42,382 bases of DNA from Bacillota bacterium (GTDB lineage: Bacteria; Bacillota; Dethiobacteria; DTU022): assembly GCA_033809435.1 (NCBI GenBank), contig JAPXLS010000001.1:1-42382 (forward strand), written 5' to 3'. The notes beneath the pieces are model-generated. The model was given only the letters and a program-made list of their open reading frames with translations, had not been told where the DNA came from and did not search any database. This document shows positions 7,933 through 17,912 of the stretch, in pieces (position 1 is the first letter of the stretch; each line of letters begins with the position of its first letter). Both the position numbers and the translations under genes were made by a program.

Positions 7933-9129
7933 TCATCTTCTCCTGCGTATAGATTTCATTTCCTCTGCAAATTCCTGCTTGATCCGCTGCAGCATGGAGG
8001 GATCTTGAAGCACTTTGAAACCGGCCAGGGCCAGCGCCTCCCCGACAACAAGCATGGTTTCGTAAGCCTGCGGCGTGTCGCTGAGCCGGGCAAATTCCAC
8101 GGTGTGCACCGCCACCTTGTCGTCGGTAATGGCCACATTGGGCTGGATGGAGGGCACCACCAGGCTCACATTGCCCATATCCGTCGATCCCAGGCCGGGC
8201 TCCTCCTCGGTCCAGGTCCTGCCGCTTACCTCATGCAGGCTTTCCCAGAACAGATCGCCCAGGGTTCTGTTGGTCAGCATGGCATCGTAGGGGTATTCGG
8301 TCTCCTCGATGGTCAACCCGGTGTCAGTGGCCAGCGCAGCGCCGCGGGCACAGTTTAGCACTTTCTCTACCACTTCGTCAAGATAGCTGTTGTCCATTGA
8401 GCGGATGCAGAACTCGGCCGAGGCGCGGTCGGGGATGATATTGACCGCCTGCCCGCCGTCGGTGACCATCCCGTGAATGCGCACATCATCACGCAGGTGC
8501 TGCCGCAAAGCGTTGATCCCGTTGAAGGTGAGGATAACTCCGTCCAGCGCATTCCGTCCATCCCAGGGATTGGCGGCAGCATGGGCATTTTGCCCGCTGA
8601 AAATAAAGGTGAATGTGCGGCAGGCCATGCTCTTGTAGTTCACGCAGGTTAGATAATCGGGGTGGAACATCATGGCCAGGTCCACATGATCAAAGACACC
8701 ACCCCGGATCAGGTCAATCTTGCCCCCGCGCCCCTCTTCATTGGGGGTGCCGATGAGCGAAAGGGTATAAGGGTGACCGGGCGAGGTCCCGGCCAGCGCC
8801 ACCGCCGCGGCAACGGAGGCTCCGGCAATGAGGTTGTGGCCGCAGGCATGCCCGATCTCGGGAAGGGCGTCATATTCGGCGCAAAAAGCGATATGGCAGC
8901 CTTTTTCCTCCGCATGGCTGCGGTAAGTAGCGACAAAGGCGGTCTCCTGGCCCGCTGTCCCTTTTTCAACTTCGAAACCCTTTGCCGCCAGGTAACCAGT
9001 AAGGATCTGTACGGCGAAGAACTCCGCATCGCCCAATTCGGGATGAGCGTGGATCTCCCGGCCAAGTCCGACAAGATTCTCTTTTTCTGCAGCAATAGTC
9101 TCCTTGATCTGTTTCCATCCATGTTCCAT
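7933..9129 (-). CDS. M20-family amidohydrolase/peptidase (M20D, AbgB/HipO-like)
   Basis: Motifs HAHPELG, AEYDALPEIGHACGHNLI and FIFSGQNAHAA. The ORF extends to 9330 but overlaps the upstream gene. The ATG at 9129 has AAGGAG plus a 9-nt spacer. An ATG at 9168 is an alternative start without an SD. Confidence 0.85.
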   Translation of the reverse strand: MEHGWKQIKETIAAEKENLVGLGREIHAHPELGDAEFFAVQILTGYLAAKGFEVEKGTAGQETAFVATYRSHAEEKGCHIAFCAEYDALPEIGHACGHNLIAGASVAAAVALAGTSPGHPYTLSLIGTPNEEGRGGKIDLIRGGVFDHVDLAMMFHPDYLTCVNYKSMACRTFTFIFSGQNAHAAANPWDGRNALDGVILTFNGINALRQHLRDDVRIHGMVTDGGQAVNIIPDRASAEFCIRSMDNSYLDEVVEKVLNCARGAALATDTGLTIEETEYPYDAMLTNRTLGDLFWESLHEVSGRTWTEEEPGLGSTDMGNVSLVVPSIQPNVAITDDKVAVHTVEFARLSDTPQAYETMLVVGEALALAGFKVLQDPSMLQRIKQEFAEEMKSIRRRR

Positions 9130-9230
9130 GTGAACAGACTCCTTTTGTTGCTTTTTTATGTCTTGCATAGCTGTTCTGCCGGCAGGCCCGGAGCACCCGC
9201 AAAGTAGGGGGAATCTCCTGCTGCCGAAGT

Positions 9231-12200
9231 CTAGCTCCCGGCAGGCTCGAGGGTCCAGTCCAGGGTGATCTCTTCCCCCGGCTGCAGCCTGAAGCCTCTT
9301 CCGCTGTTGGTATCCAGAAGCTGTTTCCAACCCTCTTCCCGGATCTCCAGGCAGAAACAGTCCCCCGCCGCCACCAGGCAGGCATAGCCGCCATCGCGCC
9401 CCACCGGCACCGCCGTCAGCGTTTCACCGGGAGCGCCATTGCGGTACCTTTTCAGGTACACATTGACGGGGTACAGGGGGGGCTCTCCGGCAAAGGCAAC
9501 CCGGCCCCGAACGCGGGCCCCGGCATCAAGGGGCAACACCAGGTAGCGCTCATCGCCGGCTGCGCTCTCTGCGGCAAAATCCCTGGATCTGTAGTTGACC
9601 CCGCCGCTTTGAGCCACGGCAAAGAGCCGGTATTCACCTGCAGGCAGGGTCAGGGTGAAGGCGCCGTCTGCGCCGGCGCGGGCTTCACCGGCAAAACCTT
9701 CGGTCATCAGATCGCCCGAGGGGTCAAGCACGCCCCGCCAGGCCCTGACCAGTGCCCCGGGAAGGGGCGCCGCAGTGGCTGCATCGAGCACCCTGCCGTG
9801 AATCTTTCCGGTCACGGCGTTCTCGGGTTCGGCGCAAACCGGTTCGGGCAGCCGGAGCGGCCAGATCTCTTTTTTGAAGGCCCGGTAGGGCTCCAGGATA
9901 TCATAAAGGGGAAACTGCCCGTCAATTGTCAGCGCATTCGCCGCTGCGGCACACTTGACGCTGAAAGAGCCGCCGGGGCGGGTCAGGGCCCGGGCCATGA
10001 TCCGGTCCAGCTTTTCCGGCCCGGCGCCGCCATCGCCGGCGGGGCGGGCGGCGGAACCGGCGCTGACCAGGCAGGAGCACTCCTCGCCGGGCCAGGCGGC
10101 GCCAACCCTGCCGCTCAGGGTCTGCGCAGCGCCGGTGAGAAGCTCAAAGGTCAGCTCGGCGGCTCTCACCGCGGAGCGGGTGGCATCATCAATGGCCAGC
10201 AGCGGCGCCAGCCAGTGCACCCGGTTGCAGTTTTCCAGCTCCTCAACGGCAAAGGCCCATCCCTCGCGATAATCGAAGCGTACCGGGGGCATCATCAGGA
10301 AGGGCACCCGAAAATCCTGGAACATGTCCGCGGTCTCCCGGGGCGGCTCGATCTCCTGATCGCAAAGCAGGCACCTGCAGCCGTCTCCCCGGGCCGCCGT
10401 CAGCTTGAGCTGCAGGGGCATTTGGGAAAGCGGCAGGTCCAGATAGAGATGGATATAGCTCGACATGACCGCCCTGGCGGCGCTATTCCCGGCATCTGGA
10501 GCGAGGCGGTAAAAGTCTCCCCAGCTGATCACATCATCCCCGTAGGGGGAGATCACCTCCACGCTGCGGGTGCGGTAGTAGGATTGGGTCACCGCCCCGG
10601 CATTAATCGGTTTGCATGAACGGCGCCACCTTTCCTGCGGTATGGTCAGGGTAAGTGCGAACCGGTCCTTTCCGGAGTCTATGGTGCGCGGCAGTGCTGT
10701 CTCCGCGCTCCTCTCCCGCGGGGCGGGCACCAGGGCAGGGTCGCCCAGCAGGGTCTGCTGCTGCAGCGCTGCGGCGGTCCACCACTTGTAACAGCCGTAC
10801 CGTTCCGGGGCCTTCTGTTGCATGATGGATGCGTAAAGGCTCACAAAGTTGCGGGTTTCCCGGAGCGCCTGGCCCACGCTGAGCCCCTTTACCAGCAGCT
10901 TTTCAAAAAAGAGGGGATAGATGGAGGTAGCAAACTGCAGATCCACCATGGTGCTGCCCCCCACATAGCAGAGAGCCCCTTTTTCCACCATGGCCAGGCC
11001 GAATTGATCGCGGTAAGGCACTGGAATGCTCTCCCAGTCCAGTCCGTCGGAAGCCGAGCTCCAGTACGGGTCCATCCCTGCCGTGGTGCAGGCCGAAGCA
11101 TAAGCCACCAGCGGGGGCAGAGCGGGCAGATCGCGGCGGGTGAGAAACCGCCCGCAGGTTTTCAGCGCCTCGGTGGTGCCGTGGCCGGCGAAAAGAAAGA
11201 AATCACTTTGCTCCAGGGCCCGGGAAATCCGGGCGGCGCTTGCCTCCTTCCCTTCCAGTATGGTCACCCTGTGGCCGCAGCTCTCCAGGTGCGGCACGAA
11301 CTGGCTTTCCAGCAGCGGGTCATCGGAATTGAAAATTATCTTGTAATCTATTTCCGGGCTGGCTGCCACCAGCATTCTTTTGCCTTCGCCGCTCTGCATG
11401 CCCTGCAGGCGGTGAAAGTACTTCGTGGAAAGCAGCTGCGCGGAAAGGCCGCCGGGGCTGGACTGAAAAAGGCGCCCTTCGGCGGTATCGAAAAAGAGGT
11501 CGTCATTCAGGCGCAGGTGGATGTCCCGGGCCAGCTCCTCGGTGGTGCTGCCGATGGTCCGCTGCGGCTCGTAGAGGAGGGGGATGGCGCCGGGCGAGGC
11601 CAGGATAGCCATGTACGCGGGGTGCAGGCCCGCCTCGGCCGCAAAGCGGTTTAACTCCTCTTCGATGAGAGCAGGTGCGGGTTGCTCCGCCTCCGCATCA
11701 AAGGGAAAGAGGGAACGGTACGAGGCGCAGAGCGGGGCCAGCAGGCTCAGGCCCCTGACCCAGGCCTGTCCCGGTGACAGCGGCGCCGCTGTTTCCCTGA
11801 CCAGGTCGGCGGAGTTGTACAGAAGCAGGTAATCTATTTGCAGGCCCTGCTCCAGCATATATTCTGCCAGGGCCCCATCGCCGGGCAGGGCGGTGATCCG
11901 GGCAGACCCCGCAGCCCTGGAAAGCTCCGCAGGCGGCTCTTCCCGGCCCAGCCAGATGAGCGGCCCGGTATATTCCGAACCGCAAATAGATGAAAGCTCG
12001 CTGGTTTCGCTGCCCGCACCGCCGCAAGGGAGGAAGATAAAGCCCAGGCGCACCGCCAGGACCGCCCCTTTCAGGCAGCGGGCGGGATCAGCGGCAGGGG
12101 CACAGACCAGTCCGGCCGGCGGACCGAAAGGCCCCCCAAGCCGGAACAGGCCGGCGCCGGAATCCGCCTGCTCCGGCGCCGCTGCCACCCGCAGCTCCGG

Positions 12201-12449
12201 GGCTGTGCGCAGGGCCTGGCCAAAGGCGGCATGGCCCGTGGCATCGGTAATCCTCAAGGGGAGCCGCAAGGCAAGCAGCTTGAGGGCAAAAATTTCATCA
12301 TCACTTTTTTCGGGATCAACAAGAAATATGTCGCTGCCCGGCCTGGATAGGGCGGCTGTCATCAGCGGCAGACTGCGCTGCCAGTCCGAAACAGACAGCA
12401 GCAGGATTTCGATTGTTTCTGTCACGGCCAGTTGCACCTCCGAAATCAT
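9231..12449 (-). CDS. large (1072 aa) protein with C25/gingipain-like clan CD peptidase motifs and C-terminal carboxypeptidase-regulatory-like repeats; paralogue A
   Basis: Uninterrupted 3.2-kb ORF. Motifs DYLLLYNS, AILASPGAIP, DDLFFDTAEGRLF and FFLFAGHG-(31 aa)-ASACTTAG form a candidate His/Cys dyad, followed by LLGDPALVP. The C-terminal GKIHGRVLD..PGALVRAWRG..GAFTLTLPAGEY is CarboxypepD_reg-like. No signal peptide. An alternative GTG start at 12425 has a GGAGGTG SD with a 9-nt spacer and aligns with the paralogue's start. Confidence 0.75.
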   Translation of the reverse strand: MISEVQLAVTETIEILLLSVSDWQRSLPLMTAALSRPGSDIFLVDPEKSDDEIFALKLLALRLPLRITDATGHAAFGQALRTAPELRVAAAPEQADSGAGLFRLGGPFGPPAGLVCAPAADPARCLKGAVLAVRLGFIFLPCGGAGSETSELSSICGSEYTGPLIWLGREEPPAELSRAAGSARITALPGDGALAEYMLEQGLQIDYLLLYNSADLVRETAAPLSPGQAWVRGLSLLAPLCASYRSLFPFDAEAEQPAPALIEEELNRFAAEAGLHPAYMAILASPGAIPLLYEPQRTIGSTTEELARDIHLRLNDDLFFDTAEGRLFQSSPGGLSAQLLSTKYFHRLQGMQSGEGKRMLVAASPEIDYKIIFNSDDPLLESQFVPHLESCGHRVTILEGKEASAARISRALEQSDFFLFAGHGTTEALKTCGRFLTRRDLPALPPLVAYASACTTAGMDPYWSSASDGLDWESIPVPYRDQFGLAMVEKGALCYVGGSTMVDLQFATSIYPLFFEKLLVKGLSVGQALRETRNFVSLYASIMQQKAPERYGCYKWWTAAALQQQTLLGDPALVPAPRERSAETALPRTIDSGKDRFALTLTIPQERWRRSCKPINAGAVTQSYYRTRSVEVISPYGDDVISWGDFYRLAPDAGNSAARAVMSSYIHLYLDLPLSQMPLQLKLTAARGDGCRCLLCDQEIEPPRETADMFQDFRVPFLMMPPVRFDYREGWAFAVEELENCNRVHWLAPLLAIDDATRSAVRAAELTFELLTGAAQTLSGRVGAAWPGEECSCLVSAGSAARPAGDGGAGPEKLDRIMARALTRPGGSFSVKCAAAANALTIDGQFPLYDILEPYRAFKKEIWPLRLPEPVCAEPENAVTGKIHGRVLDAATAAPLPGALVRAWRGVLDPSGDLMTEGFAGEARAGADGAFTLTLPAGEYRLFAVAQSGGVNYRSRDFAAESAAGDERYLVLPLDAGARVRGRVAFAGEPPLYPVNVYLKRYRNGAPGETLTAVPVGRDGGYACLVAAGDCFCLEIREEGWKQLLDTNSGRGFRLQPGEEITLDWTLEPAGS

Positions 12450-12484
12450 TGTCTTTGCAGTGCAAAGGTGTAATTTACATATTT

Positions 12485-15400
12485 TTAGCTCTCATCGGGT
12501 ACGAGTGTGTAGTCCAGGGTGATCCTGTCACCGGGCGATACCCTGTAACCGCGCCCCCCGTGATCATCCCTGATGGGCTGCCAGCCTTCCTCCTCGATCC
12601 AGACATAGAAACGGTCCTGGAAGCTCACCAGGCAGGAATAGGTGCCGTCAGGCCGCACCGGCGTGGAGACAAGGATCCTGCCGCCTTCCTTTTCAGGAAA
12701 AAGCATCACACAGACGATCACGGGATGGGGCGGCGGCAGGCCGCGAAAATTCAGACTGCCGGCAACCACCGCAGCGGCATCAAGGGGCAGCAGCAGGTGC
12801 TGCTCCTCGCCGGCAAAGAGCTCGATGTTCAGCGATGTGGATTTGTACTGCACCCCGTCATGGCGCCCCACGGCGGAGAGGATGTACTTTCCTGCAGGCA
12901 GATCAAAGGCAAAGGCGCCGCCGGCATCGCTGACGGCCTCACCGGCAAAGCACTCGATGAGGGGATCGCCCACGGGATCTTCAATGCCGCGCCAGACCCT
13001 GATCAGCACACCGGGCAGCAGGGAGCCGCTTCTCGAATCAAGGGCCTTTCCGCAAATTTTCCCCGTTGCCGCCGGGCGAAGATGGATCACCGGCTCCTGC
13101 AGCGGCAGCGCAAGATGCTCTTTCTGAAAGCCGCGGCAGGGCTCGGGCAGCTCATACAGGGGATACTGCTCCGAGATGAGCAGCACATTGGCGGCGGCGG
13201 TGCAGGTTAGCTCGAATGATCCCCCCGGGCGGCTCAGCGCCTGGGAGACTATGTTCAAGGGCCTTTCCGGCGCTGTCGCCGGTGAAGACCCGCCAGCCCC
13301 CGCCGGGCCCGCTGCAGGCGCAGCGGCGGCGCTGATAAGATAACTTCCGCCGGAGCCGGTTCCGCTGTCCCCGGGCGCCGCGATGATACCTGTAACCTCC
13401 TGTCCCGCCGATGTCTCCACTTCAAAAAGGAATTCGGAGGCTCTCACAGCTGCCTGCGCCGCTTCATCAATAACCAGTGCCGGCACCAGCCAGTGAATGC
13501 GCGGGCCTTCTCCCGGGCCCCGCTCTTCCAGGGCAAAGGCCCACCCGGAAGTCATATCCAGACGGCTGGGAGGCAGGAGCAGGTAGGGGATGCGAAAATC
13601 CTGAAAAGCCTCTTTCAGGGCAGCGGGCGCCCGGACCTCCTTGCCGCAGAGCAGGCATTCGCTGCCGGCCGCCCTGACCTCCACCAGGTTCAGGCGAACG
13701 GGCCAACGCCCCGGCGGCAGGTCGAGATGCAGGTGCAGGTAGCTGGACATGAGCGCAGCCTCGCTGATGCCCCCGGCGTCGGGGGCAATGCGATAGTAAT
13801 CCCCCCAGCTGATAACATCTTCACCCACCGGAGCCAGCACCTCGATGGAACGGCTGCGGTAGTAGTACTTCGAAGGCGGCAGGGGGCTGACCGCTTTCCT
13901 CACGCGGCGCCAGCGATCGTCGGGTATGGCCACCCGGAGCCGGCAGTGATCCCCATCCATTTCTGTTTCCTGCGGCAGCGCCATGTCCCCGGAGGCCGGC
14001 TTCGGCGAGGGGACCAGGGCCGGATCACCCAGCAGGAGCTGCTGGTGAATGGTGTTGGCCATGCCCTGCTTGTAGCAATCATAGCCCTGCGGTGATTTTT
14101 GTTGCAGCATGGAGGCATAGATGCTGATAAAATGGCGCATCCTGCGCACGGCCTCTCCCACGCTGCAGCCCTTGATCAGCAGCGCCTCCATGAAAATGCC
14201 GAAAATGGAGGTGCTGTATTGCAAGTCCTCGATAGTGGTGCCGCCCACGTAGCAGAGGGCCCCCTGTTCCACCATGGCCAGGCCGAAGACGTCGCGGGCC
14301 TGCACGGGGATATGCTCCCAGTCGAGGCCGTCGCTGGTGGAATAATGGTGCGGGTCCACCGCTGCCGTGGAGCAGGCCGTGGCAAAGGCGATGAGCGGGG
14401 GCAGCCCGGGCAACTCCCTGCGCGATAAAAAACGCCCGTGGGCATGCAGCGATTCCTGCCCGCCATGCCCGCTGTAAAGGAAGAAATCGGACCGGGTGAG
14501 CGCCGCGGCAATGGCGGTATAGTGGGCCTCCTCACCGGCAAGGGTGCTCACCCGGTGCCCCGCCTTCTCCAGAAGCGGTTTCAGCTGGGCCTCGATCTGG
14601 GCCTCATCGCTGGTGAAGATGATCCCGCCTTCCACATGCGGCGTCATCACCACCAGGACCTCTTTCCCATCTTTACCGGCCGCACCGCCGCCCCCAAAGC
14701 GGTAAAAATGCTTTGTGGAGATGAGCTGTCCGGAGAGGCCGCCGGGCGTGGACTGGAACAGGCGTCCTTCAGCCAGATCAAAGAAAAGATCGCCGTTCAG
14801 CTGGAGGTGGATCTCGCGGACCGCCTCCTCGCTGCGACTGCCGATGGTGAGACGGCGGTCATAGATAAAGGGCACCGCTCCAGGCGAAGCCAGTATGGCC
14901 TGGTATTTCGGCCTCAGCCCCGCCGCGGTGACAAAGCTGTTCAGATCCCTTTCGATGGCCCGCGCATCGGGCTGCGCTGCGGAGACATCATAGGGCATGA
15001 CGGGGCGGTAAGAGGCGCAAAGCGGCGCAAGCAGGCTCAATCCCCTGACCCGAAAATCGCCCATTGATCGGGAGGGGGCCGGCCGCGCCAAAATATCGTC
15101 GGAGTTGTACAGGAGCAGGTAATCGGGCGCCGGCTCTGTTTGCTGCAGGAGCTCAGCCAGGGCGGTGTCGTCGGGGATGAACGATATTTTTTGCAATCCG
15201 GCGCTCTCCAGCCCGTCGTGCTCTCTTTTCCGCCCCAGGCAGATGAGGGGTAGCCCTTTCGGCAGCGGGAGCATCCCGGTAAGGTGCTCCAGAGGCAGGA
15301 AGCAATAGCCCAGGCGGACAGCCAGCACCGCTGCTTTCAGGCAGCGCGCGGGATCTTCCCGGGAGGCGGACACGAGGCCGTGCAGGGGGCCGAAGCGCTC

Positions 15401-15691
15401 CTGCAGCAGTTTCGCCTCTATCGCTGCGGGCATGTCCCCGGGTACAACCAGGGGCGCCAGCTCCGGGGCACGGTGGAGGTCCCGCCCGAACCGGGGATCG
15501 CCGGTGGCATCTTCAAGGGCCAGCGGCAGCCTTTCAGCCAGCAGTTTCAAAGCGGCAAGCTCGGTCTCGCTCTCGCCGGGGTCCACCCAGAATACCTCGC
15601 AGCCCGGCTGCGAAAGAGAGGCGGCCGAGTAAACCAGGCCGTCAAGCCAGTGATCTATGGAGAGGATGATTATGTTCAGCTTTTGGCGCAT
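12485..15691 (-). CDS. large (~1068 aa) protein with C25/gingipain-like clan CD peptidase motifs and C-terminal carboxypeptidase-regulatory-like repeats; paralogue B
   Basis: The ORF runs to 15880, but the ATG at 15691 is preceded by AAGGAGA with a 5-nt spacer and aligns with the N-terminus of paralogue A (MRQKLNIIILSIDHW vs VTETIEILLLSVSDW). Motifs FFLYSGHG-(31 aa)-ATACSTAA, LLGDPALVP and GKICGKALD..PGVLIRVWRG..GAFAFDLPAGKY. Confidence 0.75.
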   Translation of the reverse strand: MRQKLNIIILSIDHWLDGLVYSAASLSQPGCEVFWVDPGESETELAALKLLAERLPLALEDATGDPRFGRDLHRAPELAPLVVPGDMPAAIEAKLLQERFGPLHGLVSASREDPARCLKAAVLAVRLGYCFLPLEHLTGMLPLPKGLPLICLGRKREHDGLESAGLQKISFIPDDTALAELLQQTEPAPDYLLLYNSDDILARPAPSRSMGDFRVRGLSLLAPLCASYRPVMPYDVSAAQPDARAIERDLNSFVTAAGLRPKYQAILASPGAVPFIYDRRLTIGSRSEEAVREIHLQLNGDLFFDLAEGRLFQSTPGGLSGQLISTKHFYRFGGGGAAGKDGKEVLVVMTPHVEGGIIFTSDEAQIEAQLKPLLEKAGHRVSTLAGEEAHYTAIAAALTRSDFFLYSGHGGQESLHAHGRFLSRRELPGLPPLIAFATACSTAAVDPHHYSTSDGLDWEHIPVQARDVFGLAMVEQGALCYVGGTTIEDLQYSTSIFGIFMEALLIKGCSVGEAVRRMRHFISIYASMLQQKSPQGYDCYKQGMANTIHQQLLLGDPALVPSPKPASGDMALPQETEMDGDHCRLRVAIPDDRWRRVRKAVSPLPPSKYYYRSRSIEVLAPVGEDVISWGDYYRIAPDAGGISEAALMSSYLHLHLDLPPGRWPVRLNLVEVRAAGSECLLCGKEVRAPAALKEAFQDFRIPYLLLPPSRLDMTSGWAFALEERGPGEGPRIHWLVPALVIDEAAQAAVRASEFLFEVETSAGQEVTGIIAAPGDSGTGSGGSYLISAAAAPAAGPAGAGGSSPATAPERPLNIVSQALSRPGGSFELTCTAAANVLLISEQYPLYELPEPCRGFQKEHLALPLQEPVIHLRPAATGKICGKALDSRSGSLLPGVLIRVWRGIEDPVGDPLIECFAGEAVSDAGGAFAFDLPAGKYILSAVGRHDGVQYKSTSLNIELFAGEEQHLLLPLDAAAVVAGSLNFRGLPPPHPVIVCVMLFPEKEGGRILVSTPVRPDGTYSCLVSFQDRFYVWIEEEGWQPIRDDHGGRGYRVSPGDRITLDYTLVPDES

Positions 15692-15951
15692 GATGTTCTC
15701 CTTGCAAGAAAATATAATCGGATTTACCCTCCGGGGGCCCGTTAACCCGGCGGCAAGCAGGGCGAGGCATGCCTCTCCCCTGCGGCTGGAACGCGGTATC
15801 GTTGCAGCACCTGTCGGAGCGGGGCAGCGGGCGGGCGATGCTCGTTCCTGCAACAACCGGATGACCTGATAAGCGGACAACCCGGGGTGATGCGCTTCAG
15901 CGGGCGGACGGTGCTCACCCTAGGACCCGAAACTGTGAGCAATGCCCGCCC

Positions 15952-16941
15952 CTAGGGCTGGAGCAGGTGGCAGGCGGCGAAGTGGCCGGGCCGGACCTCC
16001 CCGTATGCAGGCGCCACCTCCCTGCAGCGCTTTTCAGCCACGGGGCAGCGGGGGTGGAAACGGCATCCCGCAGGTATATTCACCGGATCGGGTGTTTCTC
16101 CCTTCAGCAGCGACTGATGGGTGATCACCTTGCGCCGCGGTGTGGGAATGACCGACACCAGAGCTTTGGTATAGGGGTGCAGCGGCTCCTTGATCACCGT
16201 ACCGGCGTCGCCCAGCTCCACGATCTTGCCCAGGTACATGATGGCAATCCGGTCCGAGACCAGCCAGGCCAGGGAGAGATCGTGCGTGATGAAGAGGTAG
16301 CTGATCCCCTTTTCGTCGCGCTGGTCCACCATGAGCTTCAGGATATCGGCCCGGATGGACAGGTCGAGCATGGAGACGGGTTCATCGGCCACGATAAACT
16401 TGGGGCCCAGGACCAGCGAACCGGCTATGGCCATTCTCTGGCGCTGCCCGCCGCTGAGCTCGTGGGGGTAGCGCATAAATAGTTCGCGCGGGTTGTGCAG
16501 CCCCGCATCGATGAGGGCCTGCGCCACGCGCTCCTCCTTTTCCTCATGGCTGTGGCAGAGGTTGTTCACCTCCAGGGGCTCGGCAACGGCGTTGAATACC
16601 GTCTGGCGCGGATTCAGCGACTCGTAGGGATCCTGGAATATGATCTGGGCCTCCTGGCGAAAGGAGCGCAGCCTGGTGCGATTGTAGGCGCGGACATCTT
16701 CGCCGTTGTAATCAATCTTCCCCCCTGTTGGCTCCACAAGCCTCAGGATGGCTTTGCCAGTGGTGGTCTTGCCGCTGCCCGATTCCCCGGCCAGGCAGAG
16801 GATTTCGCCCTGGCCCAGCTCGAAGCTGATCCCGTCCACAGCCCGGACCACGGGTGTCTCCCGGCCGAACATGGATTGCAGCAGGCCGGCCCGGACGGCA
16901 AAGTGCACCTCCAGCCGGTCCACACTGATCAGACTATTCAT
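15952..16941 (-). CDS. Opp/Dpp-type ABC transporter ATP-binding protein (OppF-like)
   Basis: Walker [10 protein letters not shown], signature LSGGQRQR, Walker [13 protein letters not shown], and a C-terminal oligo_HPY-type Cys motif (CRFHPRCP). The ATG at 16941 overlaps the upstream stop (ATGA). The longer ORF to 17025 is an extension. Confidence 0.9.
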   Translation of the reverse strand: MNSLISVDRLEVHFAVRAGLLQSMFGRETPVVRAVDGISFELGQGEILCLAGESGSGKTTTGKAILRLVEPTGGKIDYNGEDVRAYNRTRLRSFRQEAQIIFQDPYESLNPRQTVFNAVAEPLEVNNLCHSHEEKEERVAQALIDAGLHNPRELFMRYPHELSGGQRQRMAIAGSLVLGPKFIVADEPVSMLDLSIRADILKLMVDQRDEKGISYLFITHDLSLAWLVSDRIAIMYLGKIVELGDAGTVIKEPLHPYTKALVSVIPTPRRKVITHQSLLKGETPDPVNIPAGCRFHPRCPVAEKRCREVAPAYGEVRPGHFAACHLLQP

Positions 16942-17912
16942 GATCTCACCCGCCTCTCCAGTAGATGGCATGACGCATAGTGCTTTCCGCCCATGTCTAC
17001 CCTGGGCGGCTGCTGCTCCCGGCAAATGGGCAGGGCCTCGGAGCAGCGCTCATGGAAGCGGCATCCCGAAGGCGGCTGAAGCAGGTTCGGCGGGCTGCCC
17101 GGAATGGAGGAAGCCAGGGCGCGATCCCCCTCGATGTCGGGAAAAGCGACCATCAGCGCCCGTGTGTACGGGTGAGCCGGCCTGGTGAAAACCTGTTCCA
17201 CGGGGCCGAGCTCGGCAATCTGGCCGGCATACATCACCGCCACCCGGTCACAGGTTTCGCCGACAACGGAGAGATCGTGGGTGATCAGGATGAGTCCCAT
17301 CTTGATCTCGTCCCGCAGATGCTGCAACAGCTGCAGGACCTGCGCCTGCACCATCACATCAAGGGCGGTGGTGGGCTCGTCTCCGATGACCAGTTTGGGG
17401 TTGCAGGAGATGGCCATGGCGATCATGGCCCGCTGCCGCATCCCACCGCTGAATTCGTGGGGATATTCTTTGACCCGGTCCGGGTCTATCTCCACCTTTT
17501 CAAAGAGGTCCCTGGTGCGCTTCCAGGCCTCCCTGTCGGTCAGCTTTTCATGAATCTTCAGAGCCTCGGCAATCTGCTCGCCAACGGTGCGCACCGGGTT
17601 CAGCGCATTCATGGCCCCCTGAAATATGATGGAGATCTCTTTCCAGCGGATCTGTTTCATCTCTTCTTCCGCGGCCGTAACGATCTCCCTGCCCTCCAGT
17701 TTAATGCTGCCGCCAACAATGGAGGCATTCTCGGGCAAAAGTTTGATCAGGGAAAGGGCCACCGTGGTCTTGCCGGAAGCGGATTCCCCGACGAGGCCCA
17801 AAGCCTCACCTTTACCCAGGCTCAGCGATACGGATTCGCAGGCCCTGACGCGCCCCTGTTTGAGTTTGTAGTACGTGGTCAGATCGTTTACTTCGAGCAG
17901 GGTCACGATCAA
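16938..17912 (-). CDS. Opp/Dpp-type ABC transporter ATP-binding protein (OppD-like)
   Basis: Walker [10 protein letters not shown], signature FSGGMRQR, Walker [13 protein letters not shown], and C-terminal CRFHERC. The track start is TTG at 17912. A GTG at 17906 has better spacing from the AAGGAGG SD. Confidence 0.9.
   Translation of the reverse strand: MIVTLLEVNDLTTYYKLKQGRVRACESVSLSLGKGEALGLVGESASGKTTVALSLIKLLPENASIVGGSIKLEGREIVTAAEEEMKQIRWKEISIIFQGAMNALNPVRTVGEQIAEALKIHEKLTDREAWKRTRDLFEKVEIDPDRVKEYPHEFSGGMRQRAMIAMAISCNPKLVIGDEPTTALDVMVQAQVLQLLQHLRDEIKMGLILITHDLSVVGETCDRVAVMYAGQIAELGPVEQVFTRPAHPYTRALMVAFPDIEGDRALASSIPGSPPNLLQPPSGCRFHERCSEALPICREQQPPRVDMGGKHYASCHLLERRVRS

Noticed and set aside
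9130-9330. N-terminal extension of the M20 ORF (track start 9330), which would make a 465-aa protein overlapping the giant gene by 100 nt.
   Set aside because: The extension is Gly/Arg/Pro-rich, has no SD and overlaps the upstream CDS. M20D homology begins right after the ATG at 9129, which has an AAGGAG SD.
9609-10619. Long plus-strand ORFs antisense to the GC-rich genes. Examples are 9609-10619, 10818-11654, 11893-12522, 12413-13210, 13493-14095, 14438-15067, 16980-17954, 18056-18841, 26056-27102 and 29201-30220.
   Set aside because: They lie entirely inside well-supported minus-strand genes. Their translations are low-complexity and rich in Gly, Arg, Pro and Ala, and they lack SD sequences. 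Such ORFs are expected by chance when GC-rich DNA depletes stop codons on the antisense strand.
15692-15880. Twin-arginine-like motif (SSRRGEACLALLAAGLTGP) in the N-terminal extension of giant paralogue B. It would imply Tat export.
   Set aside because: The extension begins with a TTG lacking any SD. The downstream ATG at 15691 has a good AAGGAGA SD and aligns with the N-terminus of paralogue A, which has no such extension. This still deserves a SignalP/TatP check.
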